This document shows, piece after piece, positions 35,900 to 48,533 of a DNA stretch of 64,000 nucleotides. Position numbers and translations under genes: made by a program. The notes under the pieces are model-generated. The model had not been told where the DNA came from, did no database searches, and saw only the letters and a list, made by a program, of their open reading frames with translations. The stretch covers positions 28,646,001-28,710,000 of the forward strand of contig CM059433.1 in the NCBI GenBank assembly GCA_030390025.1, written 5' to 3'. This DNA is from Squalus acanthias. Lineage: Eukaryota. How positions within the stretch are numbered: the first letter of the stretch is position 1; each line of letters starts with the position of its first letter.

Positions 35900-36408
35900 A
35901 ACTCCGTAAACTTGAACTTATCCAAAACTCTGCTGCCCATATCCTAAACTCGCGCCATGCCCCGTTCACCCATCACCCCTGTGCTCGCTGACGACATTGT
36001 CTCTCTCCCGATCCGCCAATGCCTCAATTTTAAAATTCTAATCCTTGTTTTCAAATCCCTCCATGGCCTCGCCCCTCCCTATTCCTGTAACCTCTTCCAG
36101 CCACACAACCCTCCCAGATCTCTGACCTCCTCTAATTCTATCTTCTTGGCCATCCCCGATTTCCTTTGCTCTACCATTGCTGGACGTGCCTTTAGCTGCT
36201 TAGGCCCCAAGCTCTGGAATTCCTTCCCTAAACCTCTCCGCCTCTCTACCTCTCTTTCCTCCTTTAAGACGGTCCTTAAAACCTACCTCTTTGACCAAGC
36301 TTTTGGTTATTTAATATCACCTCATGTGGCTCGGTGTCAAATTTTGTCTGATAACGCTCCTGTGAAGCGCCTTGGGATGTTTTACTATGTTAAAGGCAAG
36401 CTGTTGCT
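35900..36408 (+). mobile_element. L2 LINE 3' fragment
   Basis: SPITPVLAD...GRAFSCLGPKLWNS...KTYLFDQAF. Confidence 0.87.
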
Positions 36409-36511
36409 GAAGGAAAAAAAAGATCGATTTTTTCTAACAGCTTCTGTTGGTGGACTAATCGGATAATATGAATTGGCACAAATTTAATGGTTTAAAGCTC
36501 TGAGGCTATCC

Positions 36512-36895
36512 TAGGGTTGCCAACTCTCCAGGATTGGCCTGGAGTCTCCAGGAATTGAGGATTAATCTCCAGGACACTGCTGCGAGCAACACCCGGGAGA
36601 AAAACCATAGAGGCAGTAAACAAAATTGTGCTTTTTTAATTTTCCTTGATCACTTCTGTTTATTAGTTATAAAAATATTGGAGATGGGAAAAAAGGCTGT
36701 TTGACTGACAATTAAGAATTATCCAATCGGGTAATGAAGAGTCAGTTGGTTTTCCAATTGGCTGGGAAGGCGAAACACTGCGAGGGTGGACATGTCGGGC
36801 AGCCAGTGGCGCGAGTGTGGGGGCGGGGTCGTTGGAGGCAGGAGGTCATGAGATGAAACCTCCAGGAACACGTCCAACCAGAGCTGACAACCCTA
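36512..36895. mobile_element. hAT-type MITE, family 2 (TAGGGTTGCCA termini)
   Basis: TIRs TAGGGTTGCCAACTCT / AGAGCTGACAACCCTA; 8-bp TSD ggctatcc / ggcaatcc. Confidence 0.83.
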
Positions 36896-37080
36896 GGCAA
36901 TCCTCTAAATACTGGCTTTATTACAGCAAGGGATGTCCATTCCAAAAAAGGACTCAAAACTCAAGCCCGCAGCCACTGACCTTCCTGAAACTAAAAATGA
37001 ACTGACACGTCTACAAGTGTGACTTTGGATTAGATTATCTGCTCAGATCCTACATGCTTTGACTGCTACTACACAATGTG

Positions 37081-37876
37081 GAACATAAGAACATAAGAAA
37101 TAAGAGCAGGAGTAGGCCATACTAGACTCTTCAGCCAGGGGAAACAACCTCTCAGCATCTACCCTGTCAATCCCCTTCAGAATCTTGTATGTTTCAATGA
37201 GATCACCTCTCATTCTTCTAAACTCCAGAGAGTATAGGCCCATTCTACACAATCTCTCATCCCAGGAATCAATCCAGTGAACCTTCGTTGCACCGCCTCC
37301 AAGGCAAGTATATCCTTCCTTAGATAAGGAGACCAAAACTGTGCACAGTACTCCAGGTGTGGTCTCACCAAGGACCTGTACAATTGTAGCAAGACTTCCT
37401 TACTCTTATACTCCAACCCCCTTGCAATAAAGGCCAACATGCCATTTGCCTTCCTTATTGCTTGCTGTACCTGCATGCTAGCTTTCTGTGTTTCTTGCAC
37501 GAGGACACCCAAATCTCTCCGAACACCAACATTTGAAAGTTTCTCACCATTTAAAAAATATTCTGTTTTTCTATTCTTCCTACCAAAGTGAATAACCTCA
37601 CATTTCCCTACATTATACTCCATCTGCCACCTTACTGCCCACTCACTCAGTCTATCTATATCCCTTTGCAGACTCTTTGTGTTCTCCTCACAGCTTACTG
37701 TCCCACCTAGCTTTGTATCATCAACAAACTTGGATACATTACACTCGGTCCCTTCATCTAGGTCATTAATATAGATTGTAAATAACTGAGGCCCCAACAC
37801 TGATCCTTGCGGCACCCCACTAGTTACAGCCTGCCAACCTGAAAAAGATCCGTTTATTCTTACTCTCTGTTTTCTG
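37081..37876 (-). mobile_element. CR1 LINE RT to 3' fragment with internal deletions
   Basis: [20 protein letters not shown]...KFVDDTKL...LVRPHLEYC; (acataaga)n tail. Confidence 0.9.
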
Positions 37877-38733
37877 AAGAGCACCGGGGATTCAGTACAT
37901 GGCATGCTTAGGAATAGGCCCTTTAAGTGTCTGTTTAACTCAGTTGGTAGCACTGTCAGCTCAGAGGCAAAAGGTTGTGTGTAGCGCTATTCCAGTCTTG
38001 AGCACAAAATCTAGGAAGCTGCATATAGTGACACCACTACTCCCGGCCACAATGGAGATGACTGGGTAATTCCCCTGTCAATCACTGCTGTAAGTGACTG
38101 GGATTGATTCGGCACATATAACTTGTATTATGTAACTATTCTCCACTCACTGCATTTTGCTGGGGAAATAATCCTGCTTTTACGGGAGACTTTGCTTTAG
38201 TTTCGGTCATGAGTTTCTTTTGCTGTAGTTCATAATGACTCAGCTAGAAATTCGGCTCCGTAGTGCCCGATTTTTTGGTGCTATGGTTTTTGTACAAAAT
38301 GGCGCCCACGTGCACACACCTCTGGTGCAGGCTGTGCCGGATGCCATCTTGGTGAGGGCGATAGGTCAAGCATTAGGAGCGTGCGCTAGAAGTACGTAGA
38401 GTAGGCAGATCGCGACGTCAATCAGCAGCCAACGCTGTTTTGACGCCAGCGCTGCCATTTTCGTCCTCAATTCTGGAGTTAATGCCCTGTCTCAACCTTA
38501 ACATGCTCTCAGCAGCAGCAAGGACCCCCTGGACCAGCGATATTTAAAAGGATCATCAACCACTCTCAGGTCAGTTGCTGATTAATTTCTACTGGCTATG
38601 TGTAAGTTTGTTGAAGAGTTTGCAGCTTTCTAGAGTTCTTTAAAGTTAATGAGGTGACAGGAAGTGGTGCTGCAAGTGGAGAAGGCCTTGCTTCTGACTT
38701 CAAGGGTTCTGGTCAGACCACGTGCTCCCAGTC

Positions 38734-39895
38734 ATGGGTGCTCTAGTTGTCATCCCCCTTGGCCAGCAGCATGACAGGGAGATGGAGCAGAGGCAGTGAA
38801 GAAGAGGACAAGCTGCTCACAGAGGGAGGAGGAGGAGGGAGAGATAGGATCTCAGCAGGAGGCCTTACCCAGCTAAGGTCTTCCGATAGGAATTCTCTTA
38901 CCTCAAGCTGAGCCAGGAGCAGTGTGTGAGGCATCTGCGCTTTACAAAGGAGGTGCTCACAGAACTCTGCCATCTCTTGCAACCAGACCTGCAGCCTCAC
39001 TCCAGGATATGAACAGCGCTGCCAGTGGCTGTGAAGGTGACTGTGGTCCTGAATTTCTATGCTTCTGGATCCTTCTAGGCTGGAGCAGGCGACATCGGTA
39101 ACATCTCCCAGTTCGCTGTCCACTGTTTCATAAGAGAGGTGACAGAGGCTCTTTATGCCAGGAGAGGGGAGTTTATTGTCTTCTCTCTGACCAGAGAGAA
39201 GCAGGCGGAGTGTGCACATGGCTTTGCAAGGATAGCGGGCTTCCCCATGGTGCAGGGCGCCATCGACAGCATGCATGTAGCTTTGCGTGCGCCACATATC
39301 CATTCTGAGATGCATTGCAACCACGAAGGTTACCACTCGCTGAATGTGCAGTTGGTGTGCGGCCATGCTCAGCACATCATGATGGTGAATGCCCGGTATC
39401 CTGGCATCAGCCATGATGCTTTTATTCTGCAGCAGTCCGCTGTTCCCTCAGTCTTTGAGCCAGCAGATCAAAACAGAGACTGGCTGCTGGGCGACAGCGG
39501 CTATCCGCTGACCACCTGGCTCATGACTCCGCTCCGCAACCCAACAACATGCGTACAATAAGAGCTATACTGCCACACAAAACATCATAGAGCAGACCAT
39601 TGGGGTGCTAAAGCAACGGTTCCGCAGCCTGGACCGCTCTGGAGGCACCCTGCAGTACTCGCTGGAGCGTGTGTCCTGATACGTTCTGGTCTGCTGTATC
39701 CTCCACAACCTGGCCATCATGAGGGCGCAGCCCTTGCCAGCAGGGATACAGCGAGCAGCTCAGGAGCAGGAGGAGGAGGAGGAGGAGGAGGAGGAGGATG
39801 AAGGGAGAGAAGCAGGAGGAAGGGAGGAGGCAATCAGCACATCCGTCTCAGGCTGGGCTGTCCCTGATCACCTCATTCGGCTACGGTTCCACTGA
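38734..39895 (+). pseudogene. Harbinger (HARBI1-like) DDE transposase, disrupted
   Basis: Motifs LNFYASGSF, GFPMVQGAIDSMH, YHSLNVQLVC, YPGISHDAFIL, WLLGDSGYPL, IIEQTIGVLKQRF, CCILHNLA, then an acidic tail; several in-frame stops and frameshifts. Confidence 0.9.
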
Positions 39896-40058
39896 ACTCA
39901 AATCCTCATTGTACATCAGTCACACACCTTACCATCCCTCTGTTCTGGACCATCACAGCGTCCTCTTGGCCACAATGCTGAAACAGAAGCCACCACAAAA
40001 GAAACATTCCAATCCAACTTTATCCATCAATCCCTCCAATATGACCTAACAAAGTCAA

Positions 40059-42140
40059 CTAATCACCCTTGCACATTCCCTCAGTGCCTGTCATCCGTGC
40101 GCCTTTGCTTACTCTAGTGCTCCTGTGAAGTGCTACCCCAGTGGCTGCAGCATGGCTGGAGGAAGGTTGCTGACTTTCAGAGGGGGGGGGCTGCAGATGG
40201 TCTTGCAGGATGACCTCGAGCAGCTCTCGGCCTAGAAGGCCTGGCTGCGGACTGCACCACCTCAGCATGGGCGGCAGCAGTCTGGGCTGGCTGGCTGACA
40301 GGCAACAGCAAGGGCACTGGCGGAGTGGCAGGGGTGGGAGGACGAATGCTGTCATCCTGAGAGAGGACAGCAGGTTCTTGGTCCACGGAGCCACTGCCAC
40401 TGCCCCGAGTCGGCGCCTCAGCATTCCTAGCCATCTGTTGGAGGACGGATTGCCGGACTGCTGTGACACCCTGCAAGCACCTTTCCAGACTGGTAAATAC
40501 AGCCACGATGGCAGCAGTCTGAGCTGCGTGGCAGCAAGCCGAGCCTACATGACAGCAGTCTGAGCTTCCACTGCAGCATTCAGACGTTGGGTAGTTTCTG
40601 CTTGTGCTGTAATGGAAGCTGAGACATCGGCCATCAGACGCTGCATCATGGTTGGGTCAACAGTTGCGCTAATCGAGTTGCCCATCACTTCCATGCTGGA
40701 ATTCATGGGCTCCAAGCTCTGCGCAAAGCCCTGTGCAAGGTTGGTGCTGGACTCCTCCATGCTCCTTAACATTGCACTCAGGCTTTCTGGCAGGCCTGCC
40801 AATGCACCATGCATTTCATTGTGCAAACCCATCAGCGTTCTGTAGGTCGCCCCATCGAAGTCCTTATCTGAGTCCTCTGAAGCAGAACTCATGTGCACCT
40901 GCGCTACCCTTTCCCCCTGTCCTGGCTGCAGGCTGCTCGTGCCCGGTGTCTCATCACATGCAGATCCCACGTCTAAGCCATACTCTAATGTACGCTGAGT
41001 GTCAGTATCTGAGCTGGTGGCTGGGCGTGTGAAATCGAGTGATGGTGCTGTGTCTTCAGCATCACTGCCTTTCTTCCTTTTCCATTTCCTGCTCCTCCAC
41101 CAGTGCCTGGCCAGGTGTCAGTTCTTGGCTATCTGAAAGGGTAAGATTGTGGTTCGGGGAGCGGTGGAAAGCAAGAGGTGCATGCTTACACCATGTGCAG
41201 CTTGTAAATCCGAAGAGATTGTGGGATGAGGGGGAAGTGGGATGTGAGAAGGAGGATTAGGTATGAGGATACCGGCATCTTGTATTGTTTCAGCCCCGCT
41301 GTTGACCACGGGCTTAGCGATGGCCTTCCCAATAATGGCCAGCACCATCTCCTCCGTCGGGGTAAGGTTATGCAGGCGGGCCTGTGCGCCTTCGGGTAGC
41401 CCCGGCTGCCTCCAGTTGTGAGCCACCTTGTCCTGCAAGAGAAAGGGAAGTGTGTCAGTGAGTGTGGTGCAATGTGCTTGGGTGATGTGCCTGTCGTGGT
41501 TGAATAGCTGACAGTGTATGCAATCTGTGAGAAGTGGGTGTGAGGCTTGCAGCAATGGTCAGTGTGTGAGGGTGAGGTGAAGTTATGAATGTGAGGTGCG
41601 AGCAACGTTCCCTCTAGGTTGCGCGGCCGTGCAACTCTTTGCCGGTCCCGCACAGCCTGGGACCGGCTTTCTCAATGTTACATTTTGCGCCTGCCCGAAA
41701 CTGTGAATGGGCTGCGCAGCCCCTTAAAGGGGCCGTGCACCCCCCCCAAAAAAAATGAGGGGGAACATTGGGTATGAGTCGTGTTTGGTAGCGATTGTTG
41801 GTAAGTGATGGCGTGTGGTGCATTGAGCAGTGTGTGAGGCTAGTGGTGCAGATGTTCGGACATGGCTTTTGAAGATGGATTCACTTATTTTGACCACTCA
41901 TGTGAGGTCATTAAACTTCTTCCTGCACTGCGTGTACATCCTCGGGGCTACACTGCTGACACTGACCACGACAGCTATCTGCTCCCGTTGCCTTTTCCGA
42001 ATTTGCCTGGAGGGTCACCTGGCCCCCTGTGGAAACAGGACCTCTCTCCTCCTGTCCACCTCCTGCACCAAGGCCTCCAGTGCTGCATCCATGAACCTTG
42101 GAGCACGCTCACTTCCACTGTTGTACTACATTCCCATCCA
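40059..42140 (-). pseudogene. Harbinger Myb/SANT-like DNA-binding protein, 3 exons, disrupted
   Basis: Exon 1 ERAPRFMDAALEALVQEV..R.EVLF...QCRKKFNDL (about 42140-41890, donor decayed to ATAAGT); exon 2 41273-41432 (DKVAHN...LTPTEEMVLAIIG); exon 3 from 41132. Confidence 0.78.
41603..41770. mobile_element. hAT-type MITE, family 1, nested in a Harbinger intron
   Basis: TIRs CAACGTTCCC / GGGAACATTG; TSD ggtgcgag / ggtatgag. Confidence 0.78.
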
Positions 42141-42542
42141 GTTGAATCACCCCTGCTACAGCCAGCGTGCACCTCCCCTTTAAGAGGTTTATTTGGTGCT
42201 AGCCTCACACGAACTTGGGCCTCCTGCTGAGCCTGCAGTCACTCAGCAATGTGTTCAGCAGTGGGCTGCACGCCACAATCATGTTAATCAGCAGACAGCA
42301 CAAAGTTGGCATGCTGCCTGCATTGCTTTGAACGGGCACAGGTTGATCCCGCATCGTGATCCCCGCACCCGTTTTCGGGGGAAATTGAATTTCTTGCCCT
42401 CTGTTTAAATAGATTCTTTTGCTGAGTAAACAGATTGTGTGCTGTAACTCCGGCCATAAATCATGACCCGCCTCCAATTCATTGGCTGACACAGTGGAGT
42501 TAATGCTCAATTTCAATCTAGGCTGATACTGCAATGCTATAT

Positions 42543-45500
42543 TGAGGGAGTGCTGCACTGTCGGAGGGGCAGTACTGAGCGAGCGCTGCACTGTCGGAGG
42601 GGCAGTACTGAGCGAGCGCTGCACTGTCGGAGGGGCAGTACTGAGGGAGTGCTACACTGTCGAAGGAGGCAGTAATGAGGGAGTGCTGCACTGTCGGAGG
42701 GGCAGTACTGAGGGAGCGCTGTACTGTCGGAGGGGCAGTACTGAGGGAGTGCTGCACTGTCGGAGGGGCAGTACTGAGGGAGTGCTGCACTGTCGGAGGG
42801 GCAGTACTGAGGGAGTGCTGCACTGTCGGAGGGGCAGTACTGAGGGAGTGCTGCACTGTCGGAGGAACAGTACTGAGGGAGTGCTGCACTGTCGGAGGGG
42901 CAGTACTGAGGGGTGCTGCACTGTCGGAGGGGCAGTACTGAGGGAGCGCTGCACTGTCGGAGGGGCAGTACTGAGGGGTGCTGCACTGTCGGAGGGGCAG
43001 TACTGAGGGAGCGCTGCACTGTCGGAGGGGCAGTACTGAGGGGTGCTGCACTGTCGGAGGGGCAGTACTGAGGGGTGCTGCACTGTCGGAGGGGCAGTAC
43101 TGAGGGAGCGCTGCACTGTCAGAGGGGTAGTACTGAGGGGTGCTGCACTGTCGGAGGGGCAGTACTGAGGGAGCACCACACTGTCGGAGGGGCAGTACTG
43201 AGGGAGCGCTGCACTGTCAGAGGGGCAGTACTGAGGGAGTGCTGCACTGTCGGAGGAACAGTACTGAGGGGTGCTGCACTGTCGGACGGGCAGTACTGAG
43301 GGAGTGCTACACTATTGGAGGGGCAGTACTGAGGAGTGCTGCACTGTCGGAGGGGCAGTACTGAGGGGTGCTGCACTGTCGGAGGTGCAGTACTGAGGGA
43401 GTGCTGCACTGTCAGAGGGGCTGTATTGAGGGGTGCTGCACTTTCGGAGGGACAGTGCTGAGGGAGTGCTACACTGTCGGAGGGGCAGTACTGAGGGAGT
43501 GCTGCACAGTCAGAGGGGCAGTACTGAGGGAGCACCGCACTGTCGGACGGGCAGTACTGAGGGAGTGCTGCACTGTTGGAGGGGCAGTACTGAGGGAATG
43601 CTACACTATCGGAGGGGCTGTACTGAGGGAGTGCTGCACTGTCGGAGGGGCAGTACTGAGGGAGTGCAGCACTGTCGGAGGGGCAGTACTGAGGGAGCGC
43701 TGCACTGTCGGAGGGGCAGTAGTGAGGGAGCGCCGCACTGTCGGAGGGGCAGTACTGAGGGAGCGCTGCACTGTCGGAGGGGCAGTAGTGAGGGAGCACT
43801 GCACTGTCGGAGGGGCAGTACTGAGGGAGCGCTGCACTGTCGGAGGGGCAGTACTGAGGGGTGCTGCACTGTCGGAGAGGCAGTGCTGAGGGAGCGCTGC
43901 ACTGTCGGAGGGGCAGTACTGAGGGAGCGCTGCACTGTCGGAGGGGCAGTACTGAGGGAGTGCTACATTATCGGAGGGGCAGTACTGAGGGAGCGCCACA
44001 CTGTCGGAGGGGCAGTACTGAGGGAATGCTGCACTGTCAGAGGGGCAGTACTGAGGGAGCGCTGCACTGTCGGAGGGGCAGTACTGAGGGAGTGCTACAT
44101 TATCGGAGGGGCAGTACTGAGGGAGTGCTGCACTGTCGGAGAGGCTGTATTGAGGGGTGCTGCACTGTCGGAGGGGCAGTACTGAGGGAGTGCTGCACTG
44201 TCGGAGAGGCAGTACTGAGGGAGTGCTGCACTGTCAGAGAGGCAGTACTGAGGGAGTGCTGCACTGTCGGAGAGGCAGTACTGAGGGAGTGCTGCACTGT
44301 CGGAGAGGCAGTACTGAGGGAGTGCTGCACTGTCGGAGAGGCAGAACTGAGGGAGTGCTACACTGTCGGAGGGGCAGTACTGAGGGGTGCTACACTGCCG
44401 AAGCGGCAGTAATGAGGGAGCGCTGCACTGTCGGACGGGCAGTACTGAGGGAGTGCTGCACTGTCGGAGAGGCAGTACTGAGGGAGTGCTGCACTGTCGG
44501 AGAGGCAGTACTGAGGGAGTGCTGCACTGTCGGAGAGGCAGAACTGAGGGAGTGCTGCACTGTCGGAGAGGCAGTGCTGAGGGAGCGCTGCACTGTCGGA
44601 GGGGCAGTATTGAGGGGTGCTGCACTTTCGGAGGGACAGTTCTGAGGGAGTGCTACACTGCTGAAGTGGCAGTAATGAGGGAGCGCTACACTGTCGGACG
44701 GGCAGTACTGAGGGAGCGCTGCACTGTCGGACGGGCAGTACTGAGGGAGTGCTGCACTGTCGGACGGGCAGTTCTGAGGGAGTGCTGCACTGTCGGAGGG
44801 GCAGTACTGAGGGAGCGCTGCACTGTCGGACGGGCAGTACTGAGGGAGCGCTACACTGTCGGAGGGGCAGTACTGAGGGAGCGCTACACTGTCGGACGGG
44901 CAGTACTGAGGGAGCGCTACACTGTCGGAGGGGCAGTACTGAGGGAGCGCTGCACTGTCGGAGGGGCAGTACTGAGGGAGTGCTGCACTGTCGGAGGGGC
45001 AGTACTGAGGGAGCGCTGCACTGTCGGACGGGCAGTACTGAGGGAGCGCTGCACTGTCGGAGGGGCAGTACTGAGGGAGTGCTGCACTGTCGGAGGGGCA
45101 GTACTGAGGGAGTGCTGCACTGTCGGAGGGTCAGTACTGAGGGAGCGCTGCACTGTTGGTGGGGCAGTACTGAGGGGTGCTGCACTGTCGGAGAAGCAGT
45201 ACTGAGGGGTGCTGCACTGTCGGAGAGGCAGTACTGAGGGAGTACTGCACTGTCGGAGGGGCAGTACTGAGGGAGCGCTGCACTGTTGGAGGGGCAGTAC
45301 TGAGGGGTGCTGCACTGTCGGAGAGGCAGTACTGAGGGGTGCTGCACTGTCGGAGAGGCAGTACTGAGGGAGTACTGCACTGTCGGAGGGTCAGTACTGA
45401 GGGAGCGCTGCACTGTTGGAGGGGCAGTACTGAGGGGTGCTGCACTGTCGGAGAGGCAGTACTGAGGGGTGCTGCACTGTTGGAGGGGCAGTACTGAGGG

Positions 45501-46975
45501 AGTACTGCACTGTCGGAGGGGCAGTACTGAGGGAGCGCTACACTGTCGGAGGGGCAGTACTGAGGGAGCGCTACACTGTCGGAGGGGCAGTACTGAGGGA
45601 GTACTGCACTGTTGGAGGGGCAGTACTGAGGGAGCGCTACACTATCGGAGGGGCTGTACTGAGGGAGTGCTGCACTGTCGGAGGGGCAGTACTGAGGGAG
45701 CGCTGCACTGTCGGAGAGGCAGTACTGAGGGGTGCTGCACTGTCGGAGAGGCAGTGCTGAGGGAGTGCTGCACTATCAGAAGCGCAGTACTGAGGGAGTG
45801 CTGCACTGTCGGAGGGGCTGTATTGAGGGGTGCTGCACTTTCGCAGGGACAGTGCTGAGGGAGTGCTACACTGTCGGAGGGGCAGTACTGAGGGAGCGCT
45901 ACACTGTCGGAGGGGCAGTACTGAGGGAGTGCTGCACTGTCGGAGGGGCAGTACTGAGGGGTGCTGCACTGTCGGAGGGGCAGTACTGAGGGAGTGCTGC
46001 ACTGTCGGAGGGGCAGTACTGAGGGAGTGCTGCACTGTCGGAGGGGCAGTACTGAGGGAACGCTGCACTGTCGGAGGGGCTGTACTGAGGGAGTGCTACA
46101 CTATTGGAGGGGCTGTACTGAGGGAGTGCTGCACTGTCGGAGGGGCAGTACTGAGGGAGTGCTGCACTATCAGAAGGGCAGTACTGAGGGAGTGCTGCAC
46201 TGTCGAAGCGGCAGTAATGAGGGAATGCTGCACTGTCAGAGGGTCAGTACTGAGGGAGTGCTGCACTGTCGGAGGGGCAGTACTGAGGGAATGCTGCACT
46301 GTCAGAGGGGCAGTACTGAGGGAGTGCTACATTATCGGAAGGGCAGTACTGAGGGAGTGCTGCACTGTCGGAGGGGCAGTACTGAGGGGTGCTGCACTGT
46401 CGGAGGGGCAGTACTGAGGGAGTGCTGCACTGTCGGAGGGGCAGTACTGAGGGAGTGCTGCACTGTCGGAGGGGCAGTACTGAGGGAGTGCTGCACTGTC
46501 GGAGGTGCAATACTGAGGGAGTGCTGCACTGTCAAAGGGGCAGTACTGAGGGAGTGCTGCACTGTTGGAGGGGCAGTACTGTGGGAGTGCTGCACTGTCG
46601 GAGGTGCAGTACTGAGGGAGTGGTGCAGTACTGAGGGAGTGCTGCACTGTCAGAGGGGCAGTAGTGAGGGAGTGCTGCACTGTCGGAGGGGCAGTACTGA
46701 GGGAGTGCTGCACTGTCGGAGGGGCAGTACTGAGGGAGTGCTGCACTGCCGGAGTGGCCGTAATGAGGGAGTGCTACTGCTGCACTGTCGGAGGGGCAGT
46801 ACTGAGGGAGTGCTGCACGGACGAAGGGACAGTTCAGAGGGAGCGTGGCACTGTCGGAAAATAGTACAGAGGGAGCGCTGCACTGTCGGAGGAACAGTAC
46901 TGAGGGAGTACTTCTGAGGAAGTGCTGCACTGTCGGAGGGGCAGTATGAGGGAGTGCTGCACTGTTGGAGGGGCA
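42543..46975. repeat. 33-bp satellite (GAGGGAGTGCTGCACTGTCGGAGGGGCAGTACT)n with 31-bp variants, roughly 135 units, SINE-derived
   Basis: Directly visible. The unit equals an internal segment of the SacSINE1-like SINE (compare 22741-22777 and 48641-48677). Confidence 0.97.
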
Positions 46976-47004
46976 AGTGCCTCACCTCCTGACTCCCAAT
47001 GCTC

Positions 47005-47700
47005 AGTTTGGGTTCCGCCAGGACTACTCGGCTCCAGACCTCATTACAGCCTTGGTCCAAACATCAACATAAGAGCTGAATTTCAGAGGTGAGGTGCGAG
47101 TGACTGCCCTTGACATCAAGGCAGCATTTGATCGAGTGTGGCATCAAGGAGCCCCTGTAAAATTGAAGTCAATGGGAATCAGGGGGAAAACTGTCCACTG
47201 GCTAGATTCATACCTGGCACAAAGGAAGATGGTTATGGTGGTTGGAGGTCAATCATCACAGCCCCAGGACATCGCTGCAGGAGTTCCTCAGGCCAGTGTC
47301 CTAGGCCCAACCATCTTCAGCTGCTTCATCAATGACCTTCCCTCCATTATAAGGTCAGAAATGGGGATGTTCACTGATGATTGCACAGTGTTCAGTGCCA
47401 TTCACAACTCCTCAGATAATGAAGCAGTCCATGCCCGCATGCAGCAAGAACTGGACGACATTCAGGCTTGGGCTAATAAGTGGCAAGTAACATTCGTGCC
47501 ACACAATTGCCAGGCAATGACTATCTCCAATAAGCGAGATTCTAATCACTGCCCCTTGACATTCAACGGCATTACAATTGCCAAATATCCCACCATCAAC
47601 ATCCTGGGGGGTCACCATTGACCACAAACTTAACTGGACCAGCCACATAAATACTGTGGCTACAAGATCAGGTCAGAGGCTGGGTATTCTGCAGCGAGTG
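47005..47700 (+). mobile_element. LINE family B reverse transcriptase fragment (CR1 group)
   Basis: ALDIKAAFDRVWHQG...GVPQASVLGPTIFSCFINDL...MFTDD. Confidence 0.88.
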
Positions 47701-48533
47701 CTCCTCTTATCTTGGTCACTATCTCCCCTCAAGTGACACCACCAAAAATCCCCAGGTGAACTGGATTTCATCTCATTGCAGTTTGTAGCATGTTGCTGAG
47801 CCCCAAATTTAGCTGCATTTTCGCACATAACAATGTTGACTGCACTTCAAAATAATTCATTATGAAATGCTCTGAGGAGGCCTGAGGGGCTCAATATGAA
47901 CAGTGAGATCACACGGCCAATAACAGTGTCTATTACTCATTTTTTTATTGACCAATTAGAAGTGCAATTTATCCACATCTGGATTCCCAATCAGCCACAT
48001 GTAGCTAATATATTGGACGACTCTGCTGTATACCACGGCTACGTTTAATTGATAAGTTTTCAAAAGAGTTCCTCACTACAGCAGAAGAATGGTCTAGACA
48101 AGCTCAGTCGGAGAGGGAAATGCAATGAAATGGAAGCAGCTAACACTGCAGTATTACTACAAAGGCCAGTGAATATGAATCAACTTACACTGCAAGAATG
48201 ACAACACTTTTACTTTGTCTTATTGATTTCTATATTGATTGAGTTCTGCCTGCAGAATTTTAATAGACTGGTTTGTTTACATCTGGCTTATTTGAATCAC
48301 TGAATGAATGCGATTAGTCCTCACAACTTGATGTCCTGGGGGCTGGGGGTAATTTTAACCTCATCCTCCCAGTGGGAGATTGATGGGACTGGCTGCCCGT
48401 TTTATACCCCACCCGATTTTAATCTCCGGGATGGATGGATGGATTAAAAAGACCTCCCGGGGAGTTCAAGACTTGTGCCCTCATTTTCTGGAAATGTCAA
48501 GTGACAATTGTTGAAAGTTTCTCTGCCATCCCA

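Larger units (their letters stand above)
38242..42398. mobile_element. Full-length decayed PIF/Harbinger DNA transposon
   Basis: Convergent transposase and Myb/SANT-like genes; TIRs AGCTAGAAATTC / GGCAAGAAATTC; 3-bp TSD ctc at 38239-38241 and 42399-42401. Confidence 0.88.

Noticed and set aside
39139..39561. Host HARBI1 gene
   Set aside because: Stops and frameshifts, TIRs, a TSD and a linked Myb ORF show it is a transposon copy
42518..47060. Many overlapping ORFs, and a possible CRISPR-like array of 33-bp repeats
   Set aside because: Head-to-tail tandem units with no unique spacers and no cas genes; the unit derives from a SINE
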